Below are positions 24,913 to 39,389 of a stretch of DNA of 64,000 nucleotides, one piece after another. Position 1 is the stretch's first letter, and the number at the start of each line of letters is the position of its first letter. The stretch is from Octopus sinensis (Eukaryota), in contig NW_021836142.1 of the NCBI RefSeq assembly GCF_006345805.1, positions 1 to 64,000 on the forward strand, in the 5' to 3' direction. The notes under the pieces were generated by a model. It saw only the letters and a program-made list of their open reading frames with translations. It was not told where the DNA came from and did not search any database. The position numbers and the translations under genes were made by a program.

Positions 24913-25567
24913 CCAGGAGGTACCTAAAAGTAACCGGAAACGTTCTCTGTGGGACAAACCCGTTGTAGTTCAGGCTTCCACCTCTAGATGTTACTTGATG
25001 TGAAGTTTACAACTAGTTTCCACGCTTTAGGAATGGTTACTTGTTGCTTGGTGACCAACCACGTTCAGGACGACCATCGATCTCCCCGAAAAAATGAAAA
25101 CATCATGAAAATTCATGAACTGTTCTTGGAGGACCTTCACCGAAAAATTGACGTAAACGTTGATATGACTGGAGCATCCTGGAACTCCTGCCAACGAATT
25201 TTGAGCGAAGAATTGCGAATGAAAAGCATTGCAGCAAAATTTGTGCGACGCTTGCTCGTGGAAGATCAAAAGTAGTCACGACAGAATGCATGTTGTGAAC
25301 AGAAAGAACAGCTGGAAGTTGATCCGGGATTTTTTTCGAAGGTCATCATTGGTGATGAAAGACGGTGCTACGGAATTTGAAGATGAAGAAAAGGTGAAGA
25401 AAAGAACGACAGAAGCGTTAAAAGACATCACTTCGCAAGAGTTCCTGCATTGCTTCGAACTGTGGAAAACCCACCTGGACCGATGCATTGCTTCAAATGG
25501 ATAACTATGTAAAACTAAGTGAATAAAATACTATTGCAAATTTCTGGTTTCTTTTGGGTACCCCTCG
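24913..25567 (+). mobile_element. Mariner deletion derivative, same family as 937-1863
   Basis: TIRs ...gtacctaaaagtaaccggaa / ttctggtttcttttgggtacccctcg-TA. Peptides ILSEELRMKSIAAKFVRRLL, FSKVIIGDE and FLHCFELWKTHLDRCIASNG. Confidence 0.9.
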
Positions 25568-25869
25568 TATATAGATATGTATGCATATATGTACATATGC
25601 ACGTGTATGCATACATATATATATATATATATATATATAAATTTTGTATATATTTATTATTTTTTTTGCAAAAAAACAATGTAATTTTCTTTTTTCCCCC
25701 GCCTCACATTTAAAAAAATATTTTTCTCTTTACAATTCTTGAAAAGTCACATTTTGACGAAAACCGATTTGAATTAATATATATATATTTTATCAATTTT
25801 TCAAAAACGTTTTCCATACACCCATTTTCACAAAAATTTTCTTTCAATTTAGCATTCTGCCTTTTTACA

Positions 25870-27610
25870 ATTTTTCCTTGTTTATCATTTCTCCACGTGC
25901 GGCCAACACAACCCCACCATTTATTGTTCTATATATATATATATATATATATATGCGTGTGTTTTTATTGGCTAAACTGGCAATATGGCCATCCCTTCAC
26001 ACGATTTCATATCAAGAATCTTGCAAAACGAATATACGTAATAGGATAAATTGTTTAATTAATAAGATGAGTTAAGATTAGATTCTTTAGTAAATAAACT
26101 AAACCTTATTTATAAAGTATGAAAACTCAGTCGTGTTTTTTTTCTAGATAACGTTATAATTATGATTATATACGACCCGTTATTACTGGAAAGTAGCACT
26201 TAGTCATACTAAAATATATAATATTAATTGGTTAATTTACGATACTTTAGATTTTTAATTAAATTGTTAGCCGTACATAACACAATTGTAATTGAAATTT
26301 TTAAACTTAAATTTTGAAATTTAGTTTAAATGTAACGTCAAATATTTAAGTATTATAATATTAATAATAGATATTGAATAATATAAAATGTAACTCTTAT
26401 GTATCCAAAAATATTCTAATTGAGAACCTAAAGAAGTAACTTAGATTGGTTGTTTGCGATAATTCATAGATTGAATAAAATAAACAATGATAACCTTATT
26501 TGAAAGATGTAGCTATGTCTAATTTTCGCCGTGGAAAGAAAAGATAAGTTAACATTCGTTTTATTTTCGTCTCTATTTTTATTTCATCATTATTATTTCA
26601 TTTTTTATTTCGTATTTGTTTATTCGCAATTCTTTATTCATAACTTTTATTCGTAATTTTACTCATATTTTTTTCTCTTTAAATTTTTTTCCTTAAATGT
26701 TTATTCCTTGAATTTTTATTCCTTAAATTTTTACTCCTTAAATTTTTAATATTCAGTTATTTTTATTTATTATTTGTATTTCTATTCATTTGCATATGTT
26801 AAGTAAGATTATATTGAAGATATAGAGTATCATGGAGGTATATAAGACGGAGGGGTGATGTTGAGGAATCCAGACCTGAAGATTGGGAGTATGTCGACCC
26901 GATTAAGTATTGAAACTAGATACTTCGTATCTAATCAATACCGACGTACTTTCATGAAACGTGTAGGTTTTTAAACAGAAAATATGGGATTCAGAATAGA
27001 TATAGTTAGTATAAGATTTTATATTTAACATTTAATGGAGTGGTCGGGTATAAAGTCTTTGTTTTGATTTGAGTTGAAGGTGGTTGTCTCTAAAACTACT
27101 TTTATATGTATATAGTATGTGTTATAAACGATGAACATACCTTTGTATAAAATATATGTACCTCTGTGTGCGTGTGTAACATAAGAAAATTGTGTGAAAC
27201 AGGGGTAAAAATAAATGAGTCGTTACTGAATATCAGTGTGTTAAATAGAAAGGAGAAATTGTTTTCACGTTTTTATTGGTAAAATGTTGCATTGGAAGCG
27301 ACGGTTCATTGAAGAACAAACTAGTGTCAACAACTTCAGTTTATAATAGTTACTGAGTTGGCCGGCTTAAGTGGTTATGTATAGAAAGAGTAGCAGTGAC
27401 TGACTAAATGCGAATGTACCCTGCCAGAGTGCGATTTTCAAGTCATTAGCAGTTTGTATCGCTGGTTGTTCAAGTTTGGTTGTTGAACAACTTAAATTTC
27501 ACCCAACTTAACGCATGACTATATCTGATCTCTATTATCCAGTCTCTTTCTCTATCTCTCTCTTCAGCTTCTCCTCTCACAGTGTCTTGGCTGGTCCTAT
27601 TTTAGTAAGT
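25870..27610 (+). promoter_or_regulatory. Candidate promoter / first-exon zone
   Basis: Repeat-poor and CpG-retaining. E-box cacgtg near 25894; reverse CCAAT and a YY1-like caatatggc near 25967-25989; donor-like a|gtaagt at 27605. Downstream DNA is CpG-depleted. Inference only. Confidence 0.35.
26681..26750. repeat. Degenerate 15-bp tandem repeat (aatttttattcctta), about 5 units
   Basis: Seen directly in the sequence. Confidence 0.75.
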
Positions 27611-28196
27611 TCCCCCCTCTGAAAAATGGTTTTGCTCCATACTCTCATCTCCAAATTTACTAATTTATCCAAATTTTCTGACTTTACTAAAAACGTTATG
27701 GTTACGTAGAATGAAATCTCTTAGTTTTCTTTTTGTTTTCTGGTGTATTTACATTTAAATGTTTTTATATCTGAACTCAAATGTAAATATCAAATTAGGT
27801 TTACATCTCTCTCTCTCTCTCTTTGTTTTTTCTACTATAATAATGAACTATGAACGATGATGAATAAACTTTCCCTATTCTCCGCCTCCTTTTGCAAAAT
27901 TACTTTAATTTAATGCAATGCAATGCTTAACCTACACTAGATTCCAGATCACGTTTTACAGATGACATCCAACTAGATCGACATAGCAGTTGTATACGAT
28001 TGTTTAGAAATCTATGATTAAAAGGAAATTCAAAAGAAAGAAAACTTAATCAAATAAAGGTATAATGATAATATTCCTTTCACATCACAAACAAAATAAA
28101 AAAAAAAAATATATAGACTCCTGGTATGATGATTCTCTTCTTTGTTATAAAGATTACCAACCAATCAACTGAGAATTTACTTTGACGTGAAGTTTC

Positions 28197-28619
28197 GGAT
28201 CTTTTCGTTTTGACCGGCAGTTTTTTAAAATAATTTCCACGTAACTAAACACTTTTAAACTTCGTATACTGTAGAATGTGTTTATAAAACATCTTTTTCT
28301 CTTGGCTTTATTGAGAAAATTCTATAGTTTGTAACATATTTGTTGTTTATTTTCTTCAATTTCTGCGATTTCAACCAATCAATGACGTCTATTGAGGTGA
28401 AAACATTCTATGCCGTATGAATATGTCCCTTGTTTAAGAAACAGATTGGGTTTATTTACATTTCTGAAGAAAAAAAAGATACCCTTCCCCCCACCCCTAA
28501 CCCTAATTCTAACCCTAAAATAGATTGAAATGCAATAGATCGATACTAGGGTCATAATTATGGGTGACAATTTCATATGACACCGCTAGAAAAAACTGCC
28601 GTTCAAAACGAAAAGATCC
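28197..28619 (-). mobile_element. Merlin-like MITE (reverse copy of 11159-11561)
   Basis: Same TIRs; 8-bp flanks gaagtttc/gaagttac; internal ccctaaccctaa. Confidence 0.85.
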
Positions 28620-29902
28620 GAAGTTACTATTACTAATTTTTCTGATGAAATCAGTCACATTTTTTTGTTTACCTCAAGGCAGTCTTTTTAAGAAATGGCA
28701 TTGTACATGTCTCTAGCAAATGTACCATGCTATGATTTTTACCTTTCCTCTAGGGAGGTAAAACTGTGATGAAATTTTTACAGTAGCTACTATGCGAATC
28801 AATATATGAAATTATATTTAACTCGTTATTTGCAATCGATAGTCTGTAAATTATTATCTATGTTGCTCATGTATTTATTAAATTTATTTTAACACTTTAT
28901 TTTTCCTTTTAAGTTACATACGTAGGAAATACGTACTGTATAATCAGGCTATATAATCTACATCTCACAAACAGTTTAATCTCTTAGCAATATTAAAGCA
29001 GGAAGAAAACACGGCAGTATGAAACTGGTGTGAGTTGCATGTGAATATTATCTAATTATTGTACCTTAAAATAAAATTACATATTCTAAAATGAATCTGC
29101 TATATATTTAGCATCTTCATCCAAGAAGGTCATTGTCTACATATAAAGGTTACTCCAATTGATGCACTTGTATTGCACATGATATGTTCTCTGCAAATAA
29201 GAAAATTGACCATTTGCTGGTTTCAGCTTGAAATGAGAAGCATTTGATTAATTTTCCTCAAACCTTTGGAAAAGGCATAAAGATATGCATAATTTCCTTT
29301 CATGAGATTGAAGCTTCCTTACTAATTATTCAGGTATTTCACAGAATTGCTTCTATTTGCTGTTCACAGCAGTTTTATGCTTTCAGCATATATAGCTTTT
29401 ACATAGGTTTTGTTTTTGTGTGATGTTCCTTCGTATATATGTGTGTGTGTGTGATGCAAATGTTTTACAGAATAAAGTTGATTATTCTTTGTCTTAGTCA
29501 GTAAACATCAGTTCTGTACAGTTTAATGTGCTTTAAAGTCAATATATTTTATAACTGACTGTTGTCATGTTCTGCATTTAACTGCAATAGTTAGGTTTAT
29601 AGTTTAATCCAGATAGGTTCTAATCAAGCAAACCAATTAAAAATATTCTAACAGAGGTAGTAATATCTTTTTGTTATTTGTTTTTTCAAACGTAATGTTT
29701 TTAGAACTAGGTGGGATCATTAGCATCATCATCATTTAATATCCTCCTTCCATGTGGGCATATGATGTGAGGGGGAAATAACTATTATTTCTGTCAGTTC
29801 AAGTAACTGTATAAAATAAAGTTAAGAAATCCTTCATCAACTGACAAAATTTTACTTGCATTTAAATGTGCAGTCTGCTTATATAAAATCTCTAAAAACA
29901 TT

Positions 29903-30110
29903 TACTCTTTTACTTGTTTCAATCATTTGACTGTGGCTATGCTGGAGCACCGCCTTTTAGTCGAGCAAATCGACCCCAGGACTTATTCTTTGCAAGCCTA
30001 GTACTTATTCTATTGGTATCTCTTGCCGAACCGCTAAGTTACGGAGACTAAACACACCAGCATCGGTTGTCAAGCGATGTTGGGGGACAAACACAGACAC
30101 AGAAACACAT

Positions 30111-30182
<72 letters not shown>

Positions 30183-30328
30183 TCAGTTTCTGTCTACCAA
30201 ATCCACTCACAAGACTTTGGTCGGCCCGACGCTATAGTAGGAGACACTTGCCCAAGGTGCCACGCATTGAGACTGAACCCGGAACCATGTGGCTGGTAAG
30301 CAAGCTACTCACCACACAGCCACTCCTA
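29903..30328 (-). mobile_element. SINE family A, full length
   Basis: Consensus match. Confidence 0.9.
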
Positions 30329-30909
30329 TCCTAATTAGTTTAAGCTTTAAGACTTTGGAACTACTTAAATTTACATACCTATGAATTTGTAAAGTTAAAA
30401 ATTTTTTAAGTTTCCTTACAGGTTTTTGTGCAATACACCTGGAAATAAAATGGTATCCATCCCTGGTCTAGTGGCTTCCTTTTTAGCTTGTAACCTTGTA
30501 GCATTAATAGTTTTTTGTTTTCTGTTGTATAATTGACATTATCACAATACCTTTTCTTTTTGTATTATTTTAGATAAATTTATGTATTCTTTTAGATTTA
30601 CCCATTATTCAGTGTTTGTTTTCAACGTTCCAATTCTTGATATTTCTACATCTTTATAGTATGTTTCTTCAGTTGTTTCTATGTGATATTTTTTTACTCT
30701 ATAATTGAATCATTTATCAGCAGATATTCTTATCTATTTAGCATTTAACAATAATCTGGGTAGTTAGCCTTTATCTCAATGTCTGTATACAGTGATGTCT
30801 GGCAGTATTATGTCTTTGTCACTTCCTGGTGTACATAACTCTTATTTGCTGGAAGTTAAAAATAGCAAAATGTTATGATAGTAATATGGATGCAGAGGAA
30901 ACACCTACC

Positions 30910-30910
30910 T

Positions 30911-30967
<57 letters not shown>

Positions 30968-30987
30968 CTCTCTCTCTTTCTCTCTCT

Positions 30988-31051
<64 letters not shown>
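30910..31051. repeat. (CT)n microsatellite
   Basis: Seen directly in the sequence. Confidence 0.95.
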
Positions 31052-31202
31052 GTCTTCCTCCCTTTCATGTGTGGTCCTGTTGATGCGCATTTTAGAATTG
31101 AATACTGTTTTTGGAGTGATATTTCTGACCGGGTAATCTACTAACTATTCTTCAATGAGGTGAATACAATCTTTCAAAATAGTTCTAATAGTAGAACCAG
31201 CT

Positions 31203-31418
31203 AAGGCGATGAGATGGCAGAATCATTAGCTTGTCAGGCAAAATGTTTAGCAGCATTTCATCCAACTTTACATTCTGAGTTCAAATTCCACCAAGGTTGA
31301 CTTTGCCGTCATTCCTTTAGAGTCAACAGAATAAGTACCAGTTGAGCAATGGGGCCAATATGATTGACTTAATCCCTTCCCAAAAATTGCTGGCTTTTTG
31401 CCAAAATTTGAGACAAAT
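31203..31418 (+). mobile_element. Old SINE family B copy
   Basis: aaggcgatgagatggcagaatcattagc...ttctgagttcaaattcc; diverged. Confidence 0.75.
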
Positions 31419-34400
31419 GGTAAAACCAGCTACTTTTTGCCATGTTCTGCACACTTTTTGATTATTATATTATGTTGTAATCAACACCATTCCTTCTAGT
31501 AACTGGGTACTTTGGTTTCTTTGTGTTGATATTCCTGTTTGTGGCAGTTGTCCTGACCACCTGTTTTCTATAACAATTTTGTAATATTACCTTTTTTTCC
31601 CCGTATATATAGTCATCAATTTTGTTGAAAGATTTATTTTCAGGGATATCCAAAAAGAATGCATTTACTATTTTAACTTGACACAGTTAACTGACAATCA
31701 TCAAAATTGTGAAGCTGATGTTATGTGGTGAACAAATTTTCAACAGAGCTCCAGTGAATGGTTTTGCTGGGCTATATTAGTATTTTGGTCTCTGATTTGT
31801 AATGGCAATATAGGAACTTTTTCTAGCTATATGATGTATTCTTTTCTAGTTTTTTAATTGTGAAGGTACTTTTCTCTTAACAGATGAATAAGAATAAAAA
31901 TCCTTGTTTCTTTAGATCCATCTTTTTTTATATATTTCTCCATCTCCCTGGTGAAAGAAAATAATTTTTAATCATATTTATTATGTCATTTTTTTGTTAA
32001 CTTGCTATTATTTTCTGTAATAACTTTTAAGAACTTTTCTCAGAAATGGTAACTACCAAATAATTAGAAAACTGAACTAAAAGCACTACAGTTACAGTAG
32101 TTTGTTTTGTTCCTTTCAGTCTGAACTCTGTCCAGGTAGACTTTGACTCCATCCACTAGATAAATGGCTGGAAATAAGTAATAAGCATCAGTTATAATAC
32201 AGGTGGTTAATTAAATTTGATACAAGTCTCTCAAATAATATTTGGCCTTAAAGAACAAAATGAAACAACTACATTATATTATTTATAAAGTTATTTTCTT
32301 TTTCAGTTTTTATAATCACAGTTCACATTCTTTATAATATCATTTTCAATGACTGTTTTCAAAATATATAAATGTCATATAAACAGCACTGCTATGGCAA
32401 AAGCCACAACTTAATCTAAAGCACAGTTTAAGGTTTGAGTCTGTTACAAAAACTTTAAGTAAACCAATTGGATTACTTTTGTCTTTTATAAATAATTTTG
32501 CAGACAGAAGTTGAAAGTCAAACATCTCCACCAATTTGCCATTATATCCACTTTCTTCAGATTTCAAATCTATTAGTTTAATGATTCATTGATCTGACAA
32601 CTTATTATGCTTCACTTAATTTTACAATTAGCATTTCTATTGATTAAAGACACAGCATATTGACTAGAAAATAATCTTGTTATTAGATTAATCATCTGGC
32701 TTTTTTCTCCCCCACTGACTATTGCTGTCAATATAACACTTAAATTAATATATCACCAGCATTGCATGATTTTTAAGATTTTTTTCTCTACCATCAATAC
32801 TTTGGATCATAAAAATTTTTCAGAAACAGTCAAACATCTTTTTGATTATTCATATTATGAGTTAAATTATTTCCACATTTGTTTGTTTTATGTTCATTTG
32901 TCATTTTTACAAAAATATTTATTTGACATATCAATTTCCGGATTTGCTGGCATAGTGAAGAACTGGACCTATATTGTATAGACAGAGTACAGATTGTGTA
33001 TAAATATATTTCAGTATATTTAATGCCACACTGTTTCTTGATTTGTTCAGATACAGTTGTTTAAATTTAATAAGGAAAAGTACTTTCTAATAAAGATAAG
33101 TGATTTCCAAATTTTTTGAGAGATTTTCCAATCTAAATGCAATTGGAATTTCTTCTTCATTAACCACTTTATTGCAAGATATATTGTTGGATTAGATATA
33201 GTCTAACTAACCATATTGTTAAAGCAATACCCTTATTTCATTAACACTGTGTGGGATAAGTACATCAGTGATATACTAAACCCTTTTAACCCTGAGAAAG
33301 ATAAAAGTTAAAACCCATCAATAAAAGACTGTACAGCATGGTGTAAAACATTCAGTAAACTATATGGTGAAGGAAATTTGTCTGACATTCAACAGTTGAA
33401 ACTACCTTAGCCATAACTTTTAAGCCAGCGTATTAAATTGCTTCAAGTTATAATTTATACAATATTAGTGAACATGATTATTGTACTCATGGAATAGTAC
33501 AATGGTTAATAAATTACTGCTTGTGCAACTTAAGAAATAAATTAAACATTGGCTATATTAATGGCCCTTGATTATTCAATTTTCAAAAGAAAATGTTTTA
33601 TTGAACAATGAGCTCAGCTCTTGTTTCTTGAACTAACAAACTGAAAAATTTAAGAAAGAATGGTTTCAAGGTGAAGCTATAACTTTTCTAAGAATGGCAA
33701 TGATTGTTAACATTACTTAACTTTTTGATATTGTTTTATTTGTATTATCAAAATTGTTGAAAATTCCATTACGGAGCAGGTGTGAGATACAGGACTGAAA
33801 ATAGATGTGTGGAAGACAAAATGATAGTTTATATATTTTACCTTGTTTCAATATTCCAAGATTTAAAACACTTTTATTAGAGAAAATGGAGTATGGAGCA
33901 CATAACACGTCATTGAAACTATACAACCCTAATATAGTATAATTATGTTTATTCTACATTCAAGATAACGGCTTTTGTCCAACTTTCAAAATTAGACCAA
34001 AGTATTTTGATTTTCAGTGTGATTGCATGATGCATGCAATAAAGATAGTTTAAGATTTAATAAGAATAAAAGAAGAATTTGTTTTAAATATTTTGTTACA
34101 TTTCAAACCCCAAAATAATGAACAAAGACAATTTCTAGGCAATGAGGTAAAGATGGTTCTGATAATAAAGGTGGTAATATGGAAATGACGTCCACGATGA
34201 CGACGATGATGATGATGATGTTGCTGTTGTTGTTGTTGGTGGTAGTGGTGGTGGTGAGGAGGAGGAGGATCCTCGTTGTGTTTATGTCTGCTTTTCTATG
34301 CTAGCACAGGTTGCTCATATCATTACCAAGTCAGCTTATTCAAAGATATTGCCTTCTTAGAGAAGCTGGTGACCATATCTCCCTTGTACACTATTTTTTT

Positions 34401-34708
34401 TGTCATGGCTTCTTCAACTGAACATCCTTCCTAATACCAATCGCTTTACCAAATTTACTGAGTACATCTTATTGCGACAGCACAAGCATGACAGAGAGCA
34501 TCTTGTGCCTGGCAAAACTAAAAGTCCTCCCTTTACTATCTTGTCCCCATTTATCTGCCAACCACCTTACTCAGTGTATTGGGTTCCTTTCATATGGCAT
34601 CAGCCATCTTTATCTGCAACAAAATTGAAAGATCCTCTTTGCCCTATATTGTGCTTGTTTACCAAAAACTTTGCAGGATTTACTGGGTACATCTGATAGA
34701 GGCACCAC

Positions 34709-34810
34709 ACTAAAGATCTTATTGTATGTATGACTAAAGCTCTTATTGTATGTATGACTAAAGATCTTATTGTGTGTATGACTAAAGATCTTATTGTGTG
34801 TATGACTAAA
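34709..34810. repeat. 24-bp minisatellite, 4 units (actaaagatcttattgtatgtatg)
   Basis: Units start at 34709, 34733, 34757 and 34781. Confidence 0.95.
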
Positions 34811-36099
34811 AGGTACTTTCTACCCTACATTGCTTCAATTTATTTGTTCACCAGTAAGAGCACCCAAACGTTGTCTCACCCCTTGGAAGTAAAAGAGAGG
34901 GATGGAAGACATTTGGAGTGAAAGTATGACAGAAGTGAGGATAATTGAAGAGACCCAGAGTTATAAGAGTAAGAGAGAGAAAGTGAAAGAATATAGAGAG
35001 AAGAAATAGTTGTAAGCAATAAATCATGTGATGGAGTAATGTGAGAGAGAATAATGGATAGCAGAAAAGATGAGTGATGATACGAGAGTGGATGTTATGG
35101 GTTGTGATAGATAGATGTCAATAATGAGTGATAGAGAAGAAATAATTGAGGAGAGAGAGAGACAGAGTGATAGCTAGCAATAAAAAATGGGCGGAGATAT
35201 AAAAGAAAAATACGTTGTGATTCATTGAGGCAAAAATTATGTCAAGTTAATTACGAGTTTAAATATTAGGTTTTGCAGAAGAATTACAAAGTAAATGACC
35301 GATGTAACTTATAACCAGTACTGAAAAAAAAAATTGATGTTCAGTATATATTGTTGGTGTTGCTGCTGTTGAGATGTTGTGGTTGATGAAGACGAGGAGA
35401 AGAAAAAGAGAAACCTAATAGTTGTTATCATGCAATAAATTACACTACTAATAACTGGACAAAATAGCGGAAAGTTGTTTTGCAGCCTTTTACTTTTATT
35501 TTATCAATGAAATAGACAACTAACTGAGGTAAAAATATCAGCAGCTGCAACACACTGTAATCAGATCTGCTTGTCTTGCTCTATAGTCTTATGATATCCA
35601 TTTCATCAATTATCTGTCATGTCACTTGGTATTATCAAATATCTATTCATAATTAATTTCTACACATACTGTATTTAAACTCCTGCAAAACCCAAACCTG
35701 AAACTATAAGTCAACACACATTCTAACATTACTTTCTAAAAGAACATTACTGATGCAAAGGAAATTTCATACTATTCAATTACAAAGTTTAATTGATTAG
35801 GATTCAGAATACTTGGTACTGTAGAGGATTATAATTATAAGATATATTTGCTCCAAGAGATTATGACAAAAGTCGATGAGTCTTGTAACCTAATTGTGTT
35901 GAAGGGGACAGCACTGAAAGGTTCACATTTCTGTATCAAGGGCAAGTCAGAGTTTTGCTTGTAGGTTAACCAGGCAAAGAAGTGGGTTGCACTCATGACT
36001 TCTGGAGGTTGTCCAGGGTTGTGAGATTAACGATATTGATACCTACATGCAGACCAGTACCTGAAAGAAAAATGTGGTCCAAGAGAGTACAAGTATATA

Positions 36100-36310
36100 C
36101 TCTCTTTTACTCTTTTACTTGTTTCAGTCATTTGACTGCGGCTATGCTGGAGCACCACCTTTAGTCGAGCAAATCGACCCCAGGACTTATTCTTTGTAAG
36201 CCCAATACTTATTCTATCGGTCTCTTTGGCCGAACCGCTAAGTGACGGGGACGTAAACACACCAGCATCGGTTGTCAAGCAATGCTAGGGGGACAAACAC
36301 AGACACACAA

Positions 36311-36390
<80 letters not shown>

Positions 36391-36542
36391 GACAGGCTTC
36401 TTTCAGTTTCCGTCTACCAAATCCACTCACAAGGCATTGGCCAGCCCGGGGCTATAGCAGAAGACACTTGCCCAAGATGCCACGCAGTGGGAGTGAACAC
36501 GGAACCATGTGGTTGGTTAGCAAGCTACTTACCACACAGCCA
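36100..36542 (-). mobile_element. SINE family A, full length
   Basis: Consensus match. Confidence 0.9.
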
Positions 36543-36756
36543 ATCCGGGGCCTATGATCTGAATGTTTGCAAAAGAATGAATTCTGCTACAGGCACATAA
36601 GAACCAGGTGGTGGTGTGGAAACACATGGCATGTTAGACATTTCAACTTAGCACATCTCATTTTCCGTAAATGTCATATGGAAGGAATTGAAGTCAGTAC
36701 TGCAAGCTAATTCTAAAGAGCTACCACTTACAGCAGTAACTTGTTCCTATTTTTAG

Positions 36757-36937
36757 GTACCATTTGCATCTTGGGGTCTTTGAATGGCAATTCATGACCA
36801 ATTATAGAATCAGAATTTAATGGATATAGCATAGTGTCAGTGACACAATAGATTTCGAAAATCCACATTCCAAATTCTAAAATAAACGTTTTGTAACCGT
36901 CTAAATTCTCTGATCTTTCAAACATCAGCTTGGTAAC
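36757..36937 (+). other. Candidate 5'UTR exon
   Basis: Acceptor ttgttcctatttttag, donor gtaagc at 36938, stops in all frames. A 96-nt intron separates it from the ATG-bearing exon. Confidence 0.4.
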
Positions 36938-37045
36938 GTAAGCCACTTAGAATAAAAGTACTGTTTGTTTTTCCAATGTATTTTTGCTTGACTAAGAAAA
37001 CATTGTATGTTAATATATTTGCTTCTCTGTCAGGAGAGCTAAAGC

Positions 37046-37056
37046 ATGTTCAATAA
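37046..37056 (+). CDS. Candidate start-codon microexon (exon 37034-37056; MFN-K, phase 2)
   Basis: Acceptor atttgcttctctgtcag and donor gtaagt at 37057. ATG TTC AAT AA is phase-compatible with the exon at 54810. Confidence 0.5.
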
Positions 37057-38058
37057 GTAAGTTCTCAGTATATTATGCACACTATATGGTGTTGAACTGG
37101 TTTGAAATCACAATTTAGAATGTGGAGTTGATAGGTACTAGGACAGTAAAAACAAATTACAGTGACAGTACAAACATTTTGACGTTATTTATTACAGACA
37201 AAGTTTAAACTAATCATTTTCTTTGTTTTAATATATCTCCCTGCAGATTAAAAAAAAAAATGTGTGTGCTTTTTTTTTTATGTCTTTTGTCAAAACTACT
37301 TCAAAGAATAACAAACAAAAATTACTGTTAGTGACATGTAATAATTCAATTTTTGCAATAAGACGTGTGCATATATGCAAAGTATACATACATACATACC
37401 ATACATACACATGCACTTACACATGTACGTGTATATAAATGCATACACAAAATGTTACATGGTTCTTTGATAAATAGCTGGCGTAAAAGCATAGATTTGA
37501 CAATGGTATATTATGCAGAGTAAATAGTTTTGATTGAATTTTTCACTAGAAATGTTTCTGTGTTTTTTCTTGAAAAGTATACATAAGCTTTAGCTTAATC
37601 TATAATATAGTCTGTTAGAGAAAAAGCAACAGATGAGAGAAAATATTATAATAAAATAATTCAAATGGCTATCATTCTTATCTATTCTGTTTTTCTTATC
37701 TGTATTTGTACACTGCAGTTTTTTTTTTTTTGGTTTGTTTATTATGCTTATGTACTCTAACACTTTGTGTACATATCACGATTAATACATCACTAGATTT
37801 GACTTCCATACAATAAGTCTGCAGAAAGTTAAACTAGAAAGTATAAACAACAGGAAACCTGTAGTTAACATTTCCTTGTTTACGTTTATGCAGACTTATT
37901 TTACGGCAGTCAAATATAGTGATATATTATTAGTGATATGTATACATAGGTAAAACATTCTTCTGTTTGCCTTTTGAAGCAAATTTTGTCCAGTTGGTGC
38001 TTAGTTTAGTATTGGACACTGTCTGCATTTGAATTGTTATCTGGATATTGTAACTTTT

Positions 38059-38471
38059 GCTCTTTTTTACTCTCTTTTACTCGTTTCATTCATTTGACTG
38101 TGCCCATGCTGGAGCACCGCCTTCAGTCGAGCAAATCGACCCCAGGACTTATTCTTTGTGAGCCTAGTACTTATCCTATCAGTCACTTTTGCCGAACCGC
38201 TAAGTTACGGGGACTTAAACACACCAGCATTGGTTGTTAAGTGATGTTGGGCGGGGGAGACAAACACCGAGACACAAACACACACACACATATATGTATA
38301 TATACATATACATGACAGGCTTCTTTCAGTTTCCATCTACCAAATCCACTCACAACGCTTTGGTCGGCCCGAGGCTATAGTAGAAGACACTTGTCCAAGG
38401 TGCCGCGCAGTGGGACTGAACCCGGAACCATGTGGTTGGTAAGCAAGTTACTTACCACACAGCCACTCCTA
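38059..38471 (-). mobile_element. SINE family A, full length
   Basis: Consensus match. Confidence 0.9.
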
Positions 38472-39389
38472 TGCCACTCCTACATTTATTGAGTATTCTA
38501 CCACACTACATCTTCAAGTTAGCTTTGTTACAATTCTTCAATAGTGTTTGTCATCTCAGAATCATCCACTTCTTGCCATGTTCTGTAACTTTTAGATTAT
38601 TGTAAAATACTATGAGTGATGTAATCTCTTCGCTAACAACTCAGTGTTAAGATTTATTTCTGCTATATACCTCATAATAAATTTTCATTGTCTCCGGCTC
38701 TTCATTTACTTGCTGTAAGCATTAAGTAGATACAGTGTTTTCTACAAGAATAAGAAAATTAAATTACAAATGAGAAATGTGAATAATCTCAACCAAACCA
38801 TCTAGAGGGTTATACATTGGAGCTTTTTTGCAGTTAGTATTTGTGATGTATTGTGCAGTTTCCTAGAAATCCCACTTAAAATGTTCAATAAAACTATATC
38901 TGCAATGACATGGCATATATCTTGGCATAAACAATTTAAAGAATATTTGTGAACAGCAATATACATTTATTATAATAATTGCTAATAAGTGAACTTGCAC
39001 CTGAACTTTCTGTCTATATTTACCTCTAATCCCTTCTTATTCTCACCTTCCAGATCTTTTCCTAATCATTATGGTTTATACTAACATATCAGAAGTGCAT
39101 TCTCTATAAATTACAACCTGCCAGTATTTCCCTTCTGTTCATTGTACTGCAATTCAAATTAGTCATCAACTACATCACACAAAGGTTCTAATTTCCACCT
39201 CCAGGCATCACCTAACCTCTTTATTTAGCTCAACATGTGTGATAAGCTGTTGTGTCTGGGGAGAGTCATTTTCTTTTTGTGCCTTATAATTTAACATACA
39301 CACATACAGGTAAAATTTCCACTTATTTCTTATTTTTATTTTCCTAAAGTTTTCATTGTGTCTTGCAACCTTTTCAAGACTATTCTACA

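Noticed and set aside
30450-30536. 28-aa hydrophobic micropeptide MVSIPGLVASFLACNLVALIVFCFLLYN
   Set aside because: Hydrophobicity is expected from T-rich intronic DNA; there is no independent support.
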